Origin: Candidatus Paracaedimonas acanthamoebae
GTDB taxonomy: Bacteria; Pseudomonadota; Alphaproteobacteria; Caedimonadales; Caedimonadaceae
Assembly: GCA_000743035.1 (NCBI GenBank)
Contig: CP008937.1
Coordinates: 30,001 to 62,000, forward strand
DNA length: 32,000 nucleotides
Direction: 5' to 3'
In this document: one piece after another, positions 1-9,829 of the stretch
Layout: each line of letters opens with the position of its first letter
How positions within the stretch are numbered: position 1 is the first letter of the stretch
Made by a program: the position numbers and the translations under genes
The notes under the pieces: generated by a model
The model's database searches: none
Told to the model about the DNA's origin: nothing
Seen by the model: the letters and a program-made list of their open reading frames with translations, nothing else

Positions 1-603
1 ACAGCTATTAGTGCTCAACCCAAAAAAGTGATTGCGCATGAATTGGAAAAGTTCAAACAAACTCAACAACTCACCCCTCAACTGGTATTTAGGGATCCAT
101 GTATCCTTGACTTTATGGGATTGGGGACAAAATATTCAGAATTTGATTTGGAAAGCGCCATATTAGATCATATCACCGAATTCATCCAAGAACTGGGAAC
201 AGATTTTTGCTTTTTAGCTCGCCAAAAACGTATGGCTACAAAAAATAAAGACCGTTATTTAGACTTACTTTTCTTTCATAGGGGAATGCGCCGGTTGGTT
301 GCTATTGAACTCAAGATGGGAGACTTTGAGCCTGAGCATAAGGGACAGATGGAATGGTATTTACGTTGGTTGGATAAAAATGAACGTAAAGAAGGAGAAG
401 AAAAGCCCATAGGCATTATTTTATGTGCCAACAAGGACCAAGAAGATGTTGAGTATCTTGAACTAGATCAAACAGGGATCCATGTCGCTCAGTATTTGAC
501 CGAACTACCCCCTAAACAACTTTTAGAAGAGAAATTACATGCTGCTATTGCTTACGCTCGGCAGCAGCATGAATTTTTGAGCCTTGATTTAGATAAATCA
601 TGA
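1..603 (+). CDS. YhcG-like PD-(D/E)XK nuclease (DUF1016 family), C-terminal part; the 5' end lies left of the window
   Basis: The frame is open from base 1. Motifs DPCILDFMGL, GTDFCFLARQKRM, YLDLLFFHRGMRRLVAIELKMGDF (D...ELK nuclease core) and PIGIILCA are typical of YhcG/DUF1016. The stop overlaps the next start (ATGA at 600-603). Confidence 0.7.
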   Translation, partial: TAISAQPKKVIAHELEKFKQTQQLTPQLVFRDPCILDFMGLGTKYSEFDLESAILDHITEFIQELGTDFCFLARQKRMATKNKDRYLDLLFFHRGMRRLVAIELKMGDFEPEHKGQMEWYLRWLDKNERKEGEEKPIGIILCANKDQEDVEYLELDQTGIHVAQYLTELPPKQLLEEKLHAAIAYARQQHEFLSLDLDKS

Positions 604-3515
604 AATCTCGAATTCGTTGGTTGTTTCAAGAGGATCAACTTAACCTAATTAAAACAAAGAGTCGGAAAAATCAGCTCTACTTCGCTGTTCAGCTAAAATA
701 CTATGAAACGAATTTAATATTTTGTGAGGATGTTGCTTCTATTTCGACACATACTCTTTCCAAGGTTTCGAAAAAACTCGAGATATCCAGTAAGATTCAG
801 TCTTTGTCTTCCAAAACAAGCGCCACATATCGTCATGAAATTAGGACTTACTTTCAATCACATAAAATGAGTGATCGAGAAGAGACTCTTCTAGTCGATT
901 GGTTGTTGAAAGAGGTTTTTCCTAATGAATCTTTTAATATGGATCAGCTAAAAGAAAAAACCCTTCTTTTTATGAAAGCTCAAAAAATAGAAAGAATTAG
1001 TGATTCTTCTTTAGAAAGACTTCTTAAAAGTACTCGACATCAATATGAAGAGAACTTATTTAAAAACATAAGCATGAATCTTGATTTACAGACTAAAGCT
1101 TATTTAGATGGCCTTTTGTTTTTTACTCCTCAAAAGATATCTCGGCTTGCCTGGCTTCACAGATGGCCTGGTGGTGTGTCATTAGAAACCATCCAAAGAG
1201 AAGCGGAGAAATTACAATTTTTAAAACTTCTTGTTCTACCCGTTTCTCTCAATTCGATTCCTCAAAAAGATCTCCTTCGCCATTATCGTAATATATGTAC
1301 AAAATACCCTAGTGCTATCAAACAGATGCCTGAGGCCCATCGATATTTTTTCCTAGCAATATTTGCTTTTATCAAACAACGTCAAATTACAGATAATTTG
1401 TTAGAATTGCTCATTCGTTTAGTTAAAAGATGTTTAACTTCTGGGGAACGAAAACTGCGCAGAGAGTTGTCTCAAGTTATTGAAATCAAAAAAGGATGCT
1501 CAAAGAAAGTCTTGCTGAATACTTTGATTGCAACCATTCTCAATCACGAAAATGAAATTATTAAGGATGCCATTTATCCGATTATTCCCAAAGAACAACT
1601 TTTGAGCGAGCAAAATGGAGATGGAAAGAAAGTCGTATCTTATGAAGGTCTGCTCTATGATCGGGTGCGGAGATCTTATATCCATCATTATCGTCGAATG
1701 TTAGCTCCTGCCTTAGAACTTTTGGATTTTCATGCGAATAATATCAATGACCAACCAATCATTGAAGCTCTTCAATTAATAAAAAAATATTTGAAGGAGC
1801 AAAAACAATTTTATCCAGCTACAGAGAATATTCCTATTAATGGAGCCGTAAAAAGAAGTCATACAACTTTTATTATGGAAGATTCTGACGAAGAAGATCG
1901 TGTTAATCGAATTAATTATGAGATATCCGTTCTTATACATCTACGCGATAAACTCCGTGTTAAAGAGGTATGGGTTGCAAATGGATATCAATATCGCAAC
2001 CCAGAAGAAGATCTTCCTCAAGATTTTGAAGATAAACGAACCTATTACTACGGTCTTCTAAACAAACCGCAAGATGTTAAGCGCTTTCTTCGTCGCATTA
2101 AAAAAGATCTCAAAAAACAGCTTTTTTCTTTCAATAACAATTTACCAAAGAATAACACAGTCCAAATCTTAAAAAAGCCCCTTGGCCATCTTAAGGTTAC
2201 TCCTCTTAAACCACAACCTGCACCCTTTCAACTGGAATCTATTAAAAAAGAAGTTTTTAGAAGATGGCCAAATATAAGCCTGTTAGACATCCTCAAAGAA
2301 ACAGATTTATTTGTAAATTTTATAGACTCTTTTGTTCCCAGTGGACCTAAAGAAGGATTAGATAAAACGACCTTAAAAGAAAGATTGCTTCTTATTATTC
2401 TTGGATACGGAACAAATACAGGCTTAAAGAGTATGAGTTCTGGCAATGGAAATGTAACATACCAAGAGCTTCTTCACATTAAACTGCGTTACCTTGATCC
2501 TGATAATTTAAAGAATGCAATTCGAATGGTAGTTAATCAACTCTTGCAAGTACGTATGCCAGAGATATGGGAGTCCTGTACAACAGCCGTTGCCTCGGAT
2601 TCTACCCATTTTAAAGCCTCAGATCAAAATCTCATGAGTCAATGGCATCCACGCTATCATAAAACAGGCGTTATGATTTACTGGCATGTCGATACAAACT
2701 CTATTTGCATCTACTCGCAACTTAAAAGTTGTACGTCATCTGAAGTCTCTTCCATGATTGAAGGAGTTCTGCGTCATTCGACAGATATGGACGTTCAAAA
2801 AAACTATGTGGATAGCCATGGAGCAAGTGAAGTAGGTTTTGCGTTTTCTTATATTCTTGGCTTTGAGCTTCTGCCAAGATTTAAAAACATTTACAATCAG
2901 AAACTATATGTTTGTAACAAAGAGGATATAGATCAATATTCCCACATAAAGCCTATTTTACTACGAGCTATTAATTGGAGAGTCATCGAAGAACAATATG
3001 ACCAAATCATCAAATATGCAGTGGCCCTAAAATTAGGGATTGCTAGCGCTGAAGCTATTATGAAGAGATTTACACGTAATAATTTACAGCACCCTGTTTA
3101 CAAGGCTCTCAGTGAACTCGGGAAGGCTATTAAAACTATTTTTCTATGCCGTTATTTGATGTCTGAGCCTTTGCGCCGCGAGATTAATGAAGGGCTCAAT
3201 GTGGTAGAAAATTGGAATAGCATGAATGATTTCGTTTTCTATGGAAAAATAGGCGCTTTCAGAAGCAATAGACCAGAAGACTTGGAACTTTCAATGCTAT
3301 GCCTGCATTTATTGCAACTCAGTATGGTGTATATCAATACGATCATGCTTCAACAGGTCATTCAAGAGTCTAATTGGCTTTCCAAAATGAGCATAGAAGA
3401 CAAGAGAGCCGTTACACCGCTGCTGTCTGAGCACATCAATCCTTATGGCCTGTTCATTCTGAATTTGGCAGAACGTCTCCAACTGAATCATCCTCTCATT
3501 AGGAGGGCTGCTTAA
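600..3515 (+). CDS. tnpA: Tn3-family DDE transposase TnpA (971 aa)
   Basis: Size about 1000 aa. The N-terminus is DUF4158-like ([29 protein letters not shown]). Tn3-type core motifs are present: [60 protein letters not shown] and [26 protein letters not shown]. Confidence 0.9.
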   Translation: MKSRIRWLFQEDQLNLIKTKSRKNQLYFAVQLKYYETNLIFCEDVASISTHTLSKVSKKLEISSKIQSLSSKTSATYRHEIRTYFQSHKMSDREETLLVDWLLKEVFPNESFNMDQLKEKTLLFMKAQKIERISDSSLERLLKSTRHQYEENLFKNISMNLDLQTKAYLDGLLFFTPQKISRLAWLHRWPGGVSLETIQREAEKLQFLKLLVLPVSLNSIPQKDLLRHYRNICTKYPSAIKQMPEAHRYFFLAIFAFIKQRQITDNLLELLIRLVKRCLTSGERKLRRELSQVIEIKKGCSKKVLLNTLIATILNHENEIIKDAIYPIIPKEQLLSEQNGDGKKVVSYEGLLYDRVRRSYIHHYRRMLAPALELLDFHANNINDQPIIEALQLIKKYLKEQKQFYPATENIPINGAVKRSHTTFIMEDSDEEDRVNRINYEISVLIHLRDKLRVKEVWVANGYQYRNPEEDLPQDFEDKRTYYYGLLNKPQDVKRFLRRIKKDLKKQLFSFNNNLPKNNTVQILKKPLGHLKVTPLKPQPAPFQLESIKKEVFRRWPNISLLDILKETDLFVNFIDSFVPSGPKEGLDKTTLKERLLLIILGYGTNTGLKSMSSGNGNVTYQELLHIKLRYLDPDNLKNAIRMVVNQLLQVRMPEIWESCTTAVASDSTHFKASDQNLMSQWHPRYHKTGVMIYWHVDTNSICIYSQLKSCTSSEVSSMIEGVLRHSTDMDVQKNYVDSHGASEVGFAFSYILGFELLPRFKNIYNQKLYVCNKEDIDQYSHIKPILLRAINWRVIEEQYDQIIKYAVALKLGIASAEAIMKRFTRNNLQHPVYKALSELGKAIKTIFLCRYLMSEPLRREINEGLNVVENWNSMNDFVFYGKIGAFRSNRPEDLELSMLCLHLLQLSMVYINTIMLQQVIQESNWLSKMSIEDKRAVTPLLSEHINPYGLFILNLAERLQLNHPLIRRAA

Positions 3516-3516
3516 G

Positions 3517-4221
3517 ATGAACAAAAGAACAAGCCCTCATAAAAAGGCATTACAAATTGCAAAATACTTCCGTCATGAAAACCCAGATTATAATTATTTA
3601 CGCGCTGTATTTCAAAAATTACGAGACAATTTAAACGTCAAAGTAACCACGACTCCTAAAAAACTCCCCTATGTTCCAACAGAGTCAGAACTTAAAAAGT
3701 ACTACGAAGTCATATGGCAGTCCAAAAATATGCAAGATATGATTATGATTAAAACACTCATGTATACAGGAATTCGAGTCAGTGAAATAATTCGCCTTAA
3801 AATTCAAGATGTTGACTTTGATCGATGTCAACTAAGAATTGTTGTAGGAAAAGGAAAAAAAGATCGAATAGTTCCGTTTCCGAAAAGTTTTCGGGAAACA
3901 TTGGCACTTCATGTTTCTAACACTAATAAAAACAATCAGTTATATCTGTTCGAGTCTACTTGGAAGAAACCCTATTCTGATAGGGGAGTCAGAAAAATGC
4001 TCGAGAAATATAGTAAAGCCGCTGGAATAGAGCACATAATTTCTCCGCATAAATTGCGGCATTTTTTATTTACTTGGTTAAAAAAACAGAATGTAGATGA
4101 CGCGCTTATTCAACCGTATTCTGGTCACGAAACTAGGCAATCCCTAGAGATTTACTCCAAACTTTCTCTATCAAAGGCTCAAGAAGAATATGATGATAAG
4201 ATTAAAAACTTCCCTGTTTAG
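3517..4221 (+). CDS. Tyrosine site-specific recombinase (TnpI/XerD-like), probable cointegrate resolvase of the Tn3-family element
   Basis: Catalytic-type motifs TGIRVSEI (Arg), HKLRHF (H-x-x-R) and [12 protein letters not shown] (His...Tyr). An AGGAGG RBS lies at about 3498-3503. The start is 1 nt after the tnpA stop. Confidence 0.85.
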   Translation: MNKRTSPHKKALQIAKYFRHENPDYNYLRAVFQKLRDNLNVKVTTTPKKLPYVPTESELKKYYEVIWQSKNMQDMIMIKTLMYTGIRVSEIIRLKIQDVDFDRCQLRIVVGKGKKDRIVPFPKSFRETLALHVSNTNKNNQLYLFESTWKKPYSDRGVRKMLEKYSKAAGIEHIISPHKLRHFLFTWLKKQNVDDALIQPYSGHETRQSLEIYSKLSLSKAQEEYDDKIKNFPV

Positions 4222-4226
4222 CATCC

Positions 4227-4264
4227 AAAACTACACTTTTTTGCACGATCTTTAGCACTACCCC
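4227..4264 (-). repeat. Terminal inverted repeat (right end) of the Tn3-family transposon
   Basis: The reverse complement reads GGGGTAGTGCTAAAGATCGTGCAAAAAAGTGTAGTTTT. An outermost GGGG and a length of about 38 bp are the Tn3-family hallmark. The IS110-like coding remnant starts at 4265, immediately outside it. Confidence 0.55.
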
Positions 4265-4457
4265 TATTAAAGAATTTGCAGATCGACTCAAAAATCAAGG
4301 GAAGAAGCCTATGGTTATTGTAGGAGCAGCAATGCGTAAACTATTGCATATTGTTTTTGGCATTCTTAAAAAGCAGCAAGCTTTCCAAGCATAAAACTGC
4401 TCTCAAAAAGAATAGGAATTAAATAGAAAAAAGTTTGACCACTAACACAGTATCTGG
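4265..4457 (+). pseudogene. IS110-family transposase 3' remnant plus element end (copy A), truncated by the Tn3 element
   Basis: 4266-4394 translates to IKEFADRLKNQGKKPMVIVGAAMRKLLHIVFGILKKQQAFQA*, a typical IS110 C-terminus. It is followed by the end motif AACACAGTATC (about 4445-4455), which is shared with copies at 9830 and 11826. Confidence 0.6.
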
Positions 4458-4458
4458 C

Positions 4459-7122
4459 TTAATCCCTATAATAGTAGTCATTTCCTTTTAAGCTTGTATG
4501 ATTATATCGAAAATCTAATTCTCTGAGAGAATTATTACGTGCAAAGCTATCTCGAAGTGCTGCCCCCCCTGGCATTCCAATATTATTGAAGAAAAGAAGA
4601 ACTTTTGTAAGAGAACTATTGCATACAAGGCTTTCTGCAATTGCTATGGCTCCTTCTGAATCTATCTTATTAAAACGAAGATCTAACTCTGTAAGGGAAT
4701 TATTATGCTTAAGGCCTTCTGCAATTGCTATAATTCCTTGCAAATCTATACTATTATTACCAAGGTCTAACTCTGTAAGGGAGTTATTATGCTTAAGGCT
4801 TTCTGCAATTGCTATAGCTCCTTCTGAACCTATCTTATTAAAACGAAGATCTAACTCTGCAAGGGAGTTATTATGCTTAAGGCCTTCTGCAATTGCTATA
4901 GCTGCTTCTGATTCTAAGCCGCTGGAGTATAATAATATTTTAGTAAGCGCTTTATTAACTTTAAGAATCTTACCTAGGCAGGGCCCAATTTCTGATCCTA
5001 TATTGAGGGGTGGCCTCTCTAAAAAGGTTATAGAGTTATTATATGTGAAGGTATCTTCAAATAATTTTATAAACTTTTTAATATTATAAATTTTTGGAAA
5101 GCCAATATTATGGACTGAAGTATTATATTTTAAAGCTTTAAGAATTCTAAAAAATCCTTCTTCACCACCAAAGTTTTGGCGCTTCTCTAAATCTTGTCTT
5201 ATGTCTTTTAAAGAACATTTTGGATTGTGAAGTAACCTAGCAATTCCAGCTCCTCCTGGGATACCATTCACTCTCAAATAATGCGCGTATGCCTCATTTT
5301 CAGAGCATTCTACATGGTATCCAACTTCATAAAAGTATCCTAAAAGCAATTCATTAATGTAAGTAGTATTCTTGGTAGAAAATTTATTAAGGGGTAATTT
5401 TCGAAGTCTTGACCAGAACCTCATTATTTCTTTATCTTGGGCAGTGAATTCAGCATTAGGATAAAGATGGGCGAGTTTTACCTTGGCGGAATTACTTCCT
5501 CTGCTAGCTGCAGCTTCATAATAGGCCCTTGCTGCTTGTTGTAACTTTGGGCTGTCATAGCTTTGTTCACACAGGGTGCCTAATTGAAAGAAACCATCGT
5601 TGCTGCCTTGCAATGCCGCTCTTTGGCTCCAATAAAAAGCCCATTTTCTTTGCCACTCTTTCGAATGAGGCCGCCACTTAGAATTCTCCTCTTTTAGCCA
5701 TCCCTCATTCAAGTTTTCTAAATGAGGATGATAAATATGATTGGATACTTGAGTGTGATAGTATGTGAGCAACTCAAGAGTTACCCCAGGAACTTCTAAA
5801 TAATGTAAAAGGCCAAGGAAGGCTTGAGCTTTAGCATGCCCATAAAACGAAGCTTCTAGAAAATGCTCAAGAGCATTTTCAAAATCAACGCCTTTTAAAG
5901 TTCTTCCTGTAAGGTCTAGCATTCCCAGTCTGTGATGGGATTTAGCATAGATCTTTCGAGCAATATGACCCTCTTTTATATTTATGAAGATCCGGTTCCA
6001 TTTATGTAGAGTTGAAAAGCTTTCCGCTTTTTTTAATGCTTCTTCATACCAATCAAAAGCTTTATAAATATTTGCTTTTATTCCTTGATCACCTTTCTCA
6101 TAAAGCTTTCCTAAATGATATTGAGCTTTAAGATTAATAATATTAAAAGAAGCTTCTTCGTTTAAATTATTTGCGGCTTTTCTTAGTAATCCTTGTAATT
6201 GTTTAGGGTCAGAAGCTAGGTTATGTTTAAAAGCAAAATAAAGAGTATTTGGCTCATCTCTATTTTGAGCTAAGCTTTTCTTGGCGAGCATTAATTGGGT
6301 ATAGGCATCATTCTCAAAGCCTAGGAGCCTAAAAAGCTGGCTACAATAATAATGGAGGCGTAAAGCTTGATAATAAAGCTCTGAAGGGCTGATTTCTTCT
6401 TGAAAGAGAGGAAGAGGCTTTATAACTGTATTAAGAAGTAATGCTAGCTCGTCTACCTCTTCCATATCCTCGTCCAAAGATACTGTTGCTTCTCGGTCAT
6501 GAAGATGCCCAAGAATAAAGCTCTTCGCCTTACTTTCTAGGACTTTATATATTTGGTACCTTTCTTCTGTTACCTTAGAGCTTAAGCTCTCTTCTGCTCT
6601 TACTGGTGTTCTTTCAATCCTTTCTTGTCCTTTTAAATAAGTAACAATTTTTTTAAGTTCGTTAAGATTTTGAAGCTTTCTATCTGGATCAGTGTATTTA
6701 AGCTCAGTCCTTATAAGTTTGCGTTCTTCTGGGGGGAGCTTCCAATAAGTAAGCTTTAAATGAGGCTCTGTTAACCCTAATTTTTGTTCTTTATTGTTTA
6801 AATAGTCTTGGATAAGCCAAGCAAAATCTCTACTTTCCCTTCTTAAATTCTCAAGATCGTGACGATTTGTAAGATAATCTAAAATTGACCACCAAATCTC
6901 TGGGGGAAGAGTTTCAATAAACAGAGGCTCTTCTTGTTGCGTGGGATTAATACTTCTCAACTTTTTAGTAGGATCAAGGTCCATAGAGGAATTATTGAAT
7001 AAAAAGCTTCCTTTGTTGCTTTTCTCTTTTTCATCACACTGTATTGTGGCAGCAAGAGGATAAGCATTCAGTAAGCCTATGCATAAAAAATATAGGGTTG
7101 GGCGAATAAAATAGAAAAGCAT
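4459..7122 (-). CDS. F-box / Sel1-repeat / RNI-type leucine-rich-repeat protein (eukaryote-like effector candidate), 887 aa
   Basis: The N-terminus is hydrophobic. The F-box motif is LPPEIWWSILDYLTNRHDLENLRRESRDFAWLI. There are several Sel1-like units (AFDWYEEALKKA, AQAFLGLLHY, AARAYYEAAASRGSNSAKVKLAHLY). The C-terminus has 28-aa LRRs (NNSLTELDLRFNKIDSEGAIAIAESLKH). Confidence 0.85.
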   Translation of the reverse strand: MLFYFIRPTLYFLCIGLLNAYPLAATIQCDEKEKSNKGSFLFNNSSMDLDPTKKLRSINPTQQEEPLFIETLPPEIWWSILDYLTNRHDLENLRRESRDFAWLIQDYLNNKEQKLGLTEPHLKLTYWKLPPEERKLIRTELKYTDPDRKLQNLNELKKIVTYLKGQERIERTPVRAEESLSSKVTEERYQIYKVLESKAKSFILGHLHDREATVSLDEDMEEVDELALLLNTVIKPLPLFQEEISPSELYYQALRLHYYCSQLFRLLGFENDAYTQLMLAKKSLAQNRDEPNTLYFAFKHNLASDPKQLQGLLRKAANNLNEEASFNIINLKAQYHLGKLYEKGDQGIKANIYKAFDWYEEALKKAESFSTLHKWNRIFINIKEGHIARKIYAKSHHRLGMLDLTGRTLKGVDFENALEHFLEASFYGHAKAQAFLGLLHYLEVPGVTLELLTYYHTQVSNHIYHPHLENLNEGWLKEENSKWRPHSKEWQRKWAFYWSQRAALQGSNDGFFQLGTLCEQSYDSPKLQQAARAYYEAAASRGSNSAKVKLAHLYPNAEFTAQDKEIMRFWSRLRKLPLNKFSTKNTTYINELLLGYFYEVGYHVECSENEAYAHYLRVNGIPGGAGIARLLHNPKCSLKDIRQDLEKRQNFGGEEGFFRILKALKYNTSVHNIGFPKIYNIKKFIKLFEDTFTYNNSITFLERPPLNIGSEIGPCLGKILKVNKALTKILLYSSGLESEAAIAIAEGLKHNNSLAELDLRFNKIGSEGAIAIAESLKHNNSLTELDLGNNSIDLQGIIAIAEGLKHNNSLTELDLRFNKIDSEGAIAIAESLVCNSSLTKVLLFFNNIGMPGGAALRDSFARNNSLRELDFRYNHTSLKGNDYYYRD
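4590..4925. repeat. Tandem 84-bp (28-codon) repeats encoding the LRR units, with a 168-bp super-period
   Basis: TTCTGCAATTGCTAT recurs at 4633, 4717, 4801 and 4885, exactly 84 bp apart. The units are near-identical. Confidence 0.8.
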
Positions 7123-7203
7123 TTCTCTTAATTTTCGTCTTAAAACATATAACTTCTTGTTATGTGCATGAGCGTTAGAAAGTAGGTAAAATATAAAAAA
7201 TCT

Positions 7204-7971
7204 TTATGGAAGGACAGAAGCAGGGGTTGATAAAAGTTGGTGAGCAATTTGGCTGAAATACTGTTTACTTTTATCTCTTTTGAATTGCTGGAGACTGTTA
7301 AACCTGTCTTGCGCTTTTCTAAGGAGGATACTTTGTTCTTCCGAATGAGGATTTAATGTTAAAGCATAATAGTAATCTAGCTTTGCCATCTTGTAGGTTA
7401 ATTTCATGCGTCCTTGTATATCTGATGAACGTATGGCAGAAAGAAGCTGTGTATTGAATTTTTCTATTTCTTGAGAATAAGCAAGATCAATTTTTGTCCT
7501 CAACTGTTGTCGTTTTTCAGGGGGAGATTCACTAACTCTTTTTAATACGGTAGTGACTGTAGATTTCTTTGGTTGAGGGGGTATTTCTGCTTTGAAGGCT
7601 TCATAAAGAGAAGGGATGAGTGAAGGAGGGGCGGCATAGCGAGTGCTTAGCCACTCAAAAAAGAGTCGATAATCTCCTAGGGCTGGTCTTAAATCTTTTT
7701 TGAGTTGGTTCAAATCACACCTTATGCCCTCATTTTGGCAGTGCAATAAATATTGCTCGAATCCAGGATGTAATGCAGGAGGAACAGGCGTTGTGCTGTT
7801 TTCTTTATTCTCAGAATCATATGAGATATGCTGTCTTATTGATCTCTTCTCGGCTGCTTCTTCATTTTTGATAAGCTCATAGCCTCGCTTATTATAGCTG
7901 GCTTGCACAGATAAGGTTGTAAGCATAAATCCTACAAAGATCAGAGTTAAATATTGTTTTGCCATTTTCAT
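7204..7971 (-). CDS. Hypothetical protein with signal-peptide-like N-terminus (255 aa)
   Basis: AGGAGG RBS upstream. The N-terminus MKMAKQYLTLIFVGFMLTTLSVQAS is signal-like. No family recognised. Confidence 0.6.
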   Translation of the reverse strand: MKMAKQYLTLIFVGFMLTTLSVQASYNKRGYELIKNEEAAEKRSIRQHISYDSENKENSTTPVPPALHPGFEQYLLHCQNEGIRCDLNQLKKDLRPALGDYRLFFEWLSTRYAAPPSLIPSLYEAFKAEIPPQPKKSTVTTVLKRVSESPPEKRQQLRTKIDLAYSQEIEKFNTQLLSAIRSSDIQGRMKLTYKMAKLDYYYALTLNPHSEEQSILLRKAQDRFNSLQQFKRDKSKQYFSQIAHQLLSTPASVLP

Positions 7972-7984
7972 TTCCTCCTAAGGG

Positions 7985-9589
7985 TTAAAGCCTTTTTCCT
8001 TTAAGATTAAGTGCCTTTTCTTCATCCTTGTCTTTATCATCTTTAAGCTCAGAAAAGAGAGAAAAGTCATGATTAACTTTATCCTTTATATGTAACAAAA
8101 TATTATAGCGCTCGGTGTCCTGAGTATAAAATAAGAAAGAGAGATATTGATAAGGTTTTCCTGACTCATCTTGCGCCAGATAAATTTGTATTTTATTTTT
8201 TTGAGATAAAGGAAGGAAATTTTTATTCCTCTGTTCTTCATCAACGGATTGACTTGCAGGATTATTTAATTGGGCTTCTACATCGTTTTTTGGCTCAATA
8301 ACATCATTAAGGGCTCCTTCTAGTCCTTCATCTTCTTCCTGCTGTTCTTTCGTGGGTTGAAAAGGTCCTGGTGAGCTTGAAGATGAGCTGGAGGGGGCTT
8401 GCTCTTGTGCTTCTGAAAGTTCCTTTTTCTCTGAGGTGTCCTGAGAGGGTTTATCTTTTCCTTTATCCTTAAGCTGAGATTTCTCAGTTGATTGAAGAAT
8501 GTTAGAAGATCCTCCCTCGAGAGAATTTTCTTGGTCACCAAGTTCTTTAAGAAGGTCATTAAGGGTTCCTGTTGTTTCTTCGTCTCTCGCGGACTCTCCC
8601 AGGAGAAGAGATGCAGACTTCTTGCTTGTAAGCATTACTAAGTTATTAAAAATGCTCCTTAAGGATTTTTTTGAAGAAGATGGGTGCTCTAGGCTCTTTA
8701 AAAAAGAAAGTATAAAAGCTTTAACTTCTTCCTCTCTTGCTGGATTTTTAATGTCTACTAAATTGTTCATCCTTAAATAAGGATGAGGATTAGACCCTTC
8801 TTTATAATAAGGGATTCTTTCAAGCTTCTTCCCTTTGCCCTTTTGCTTTAAGGATCTATGAATCTGATAAAAATCTTTCTCACAAGTTTCCAAGGTAGGA
8901 TCATCTTGAACTCTTGGTTTATTAAAAATCTTTTCAATCCCGACCACATAGCGAGAATTCTTATAAATATAGCCCACTAGGTAATCTTGGTTTCCTAAAC
9001 AAGAGGTAAGATAATTTGTTATTGATTTTTGGGCATTTTCAAAGCTCCCATAAAGTGGAAGTTTTTCCCATCCAAAATCACTAATTTTATGGCTTTCGGT
9101 TATCCCTTCGCTTAATAACTGATCAAGATGTTTTAATTCATGTTTATAACGGTCTTTCAACCCACTGGGTAAGACCTCATCCAGAGGCATCTCAAGGCTG
9201 CTAACTTTTATGGTAAAAGGAGGAAAGGGAGATTCAGGAATTTTATCCCGCCACTTTTGTGTCTTTGCATAAATCTCTGTAGTGATAGGGCCTATTTCTG
9301 AACGGTTATAAGCCCATTTTAAAGATGGCATTAGATTAGATAAAAGAAAATTTGTAATATCTGCAACGCGGGGGCCTATGCCAAAAGTAATTACTCCCGC
9401 AGTTCCCACCGTCATGATAATTTTTGCTGTATCCCATTCATAATCAATAGTACTTGCCCTTGCGCTAAACTGAGCATGTTCACTCTCTGCGTCTTGGAAT
9501 AAATCTTGGTAGCTTGCTTGGGAAGCAGTAAAGGATAAAAGGCTTAATGTCATTAGAAGAGCATTTTTAGGAAGTTTGAGAGAGACCAT
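7985..9589 (-). CDS. Hypothetical secreted protein with acidic, Ser-rich disordered centre
   Basis: The long ORF in the track starts at a TTG (9604). The ATG at 9589 has a GGAG about 10 nt upstream and yields MVSLKLPKNALLMTLSLLSFTASQAS. It contains a poly-Ser run and E/D/K-rich low-complexity sequence. No family recognised. Confidence 0.6.
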   Translation of the reverse strand: MVSLKLPKNALLMTLSLLSFTASQASYQDLFQDAESEHAQFSARASTIDYEWDTAKIIMTVGTAGVITFGIGPRVADITNFLLSNLMPSLKWAYNRSEIGPITTEIYAKTQKWRDKIPESPFPPFTIKVSSLEMPLDEVLPSGLKDRYKHELKHLDQLLSEGITESHKISDFGWEKLPLYGSFENAQKSITNYLTSCLGNQDYLVGYIYKNSRYVVGIEKIFNKPRVQDDPTLETCEKDFYQIHRSLKQKGKGKKLERIPYYKEGSNPHPYLRMNNLVDIKNPAREEEVKAFILSFLKSLEHPSSSKKSLRSIFNNLVMLTSKKSASLLLGESARDEETTGTLNDLLKELGDQENSLEGGSSNILQSTEKSQLKDKGKDKPSQDTSEKKELSEAQEQAPSSSSSSSPGPFQPTKEQQEEDEGLEGALNDVIEPKNDVEAQLNNPASQSVDEEQRNKNFLPLSQKNKIQIYLAQDESGKPYQYLSFLFYTQDTERYNILLHIKDKVNHDFSLFSELKDDKDKDEEKALNLKGKRL

Positions 9590-9829
9590 GATGATAGACT
9601 CCAATAAAGTGTATTTTTACAGCATTGCCAATATGGCTATTTATATTTACACTAAGCCATCCTTAAAAAGCAAGAAATATTATGCCGACATTTGCTAAGA
9701 ACAACTTATTCTGCCCGTGCCGCTTAAACAAATTTTATGCTTTAATGTCATTAAAGCACCTGTAAGTATTTTTTACACTTAAAAATTGGGATTTCTATTG
9801 TAGTTTAGGGAATAGAGTAGACTAGTCGG

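Larger units (their letters stand above)
1..4264 (+). mobile_element. Tn3-family transposon, partial (left end outside the window)
   Basis: Contains the coupled yhcG-like, tnpA and tyrosine recombinase genes plus a GGGG-type IR at 4227-4264. Confidence 0.7.

Noticed and set aside
1500-3524. Three minus-strand ORFs (1500-1688, 2228-2446, 3309-3524) inside tnpA
   Set aside because: They lie entirely within the well-supported 971-aa Tn3 transposase ORF and have low-complexity translations. They are antisense artefacts of AT-rich sequence.
4549-4968. Regularly spaced repeats that could be mistaken for a CRISPR array
   Set aside because: The period is 84 bp with no unique spacers. The whole unit is repeated, is in-frame, and encodes 28-residue LRR units.
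4586-5089. 167-aa + strand ORF with a striking internal repeat (RSNSVRELLCLR…)
   Set aside because: It is the antisense shadow of the 84-bp LRR-coding tandem repeats of the 887-aa minus-strand gene. Its periodic open frame is a by-product of the repeat.
7700-8780. Small ORFs 7700-7882 (+), 8320-8559 (-) and 8499-8780 (+)
   Set aside because: They are embedded in or antisense to the longer secreted-protein ORFs, with no RBS and Ser/Leu/Arg-rich compositions typical of shadow frames.
9605-9680. Possible promoter TTGCTT-18-TAAATA upstream of the 9589 gene (minus strand)
   Set aside because: Such hexamers are frequent in AT-rich DNA. The spacing and match are not good enough to annotate without transcription start data.
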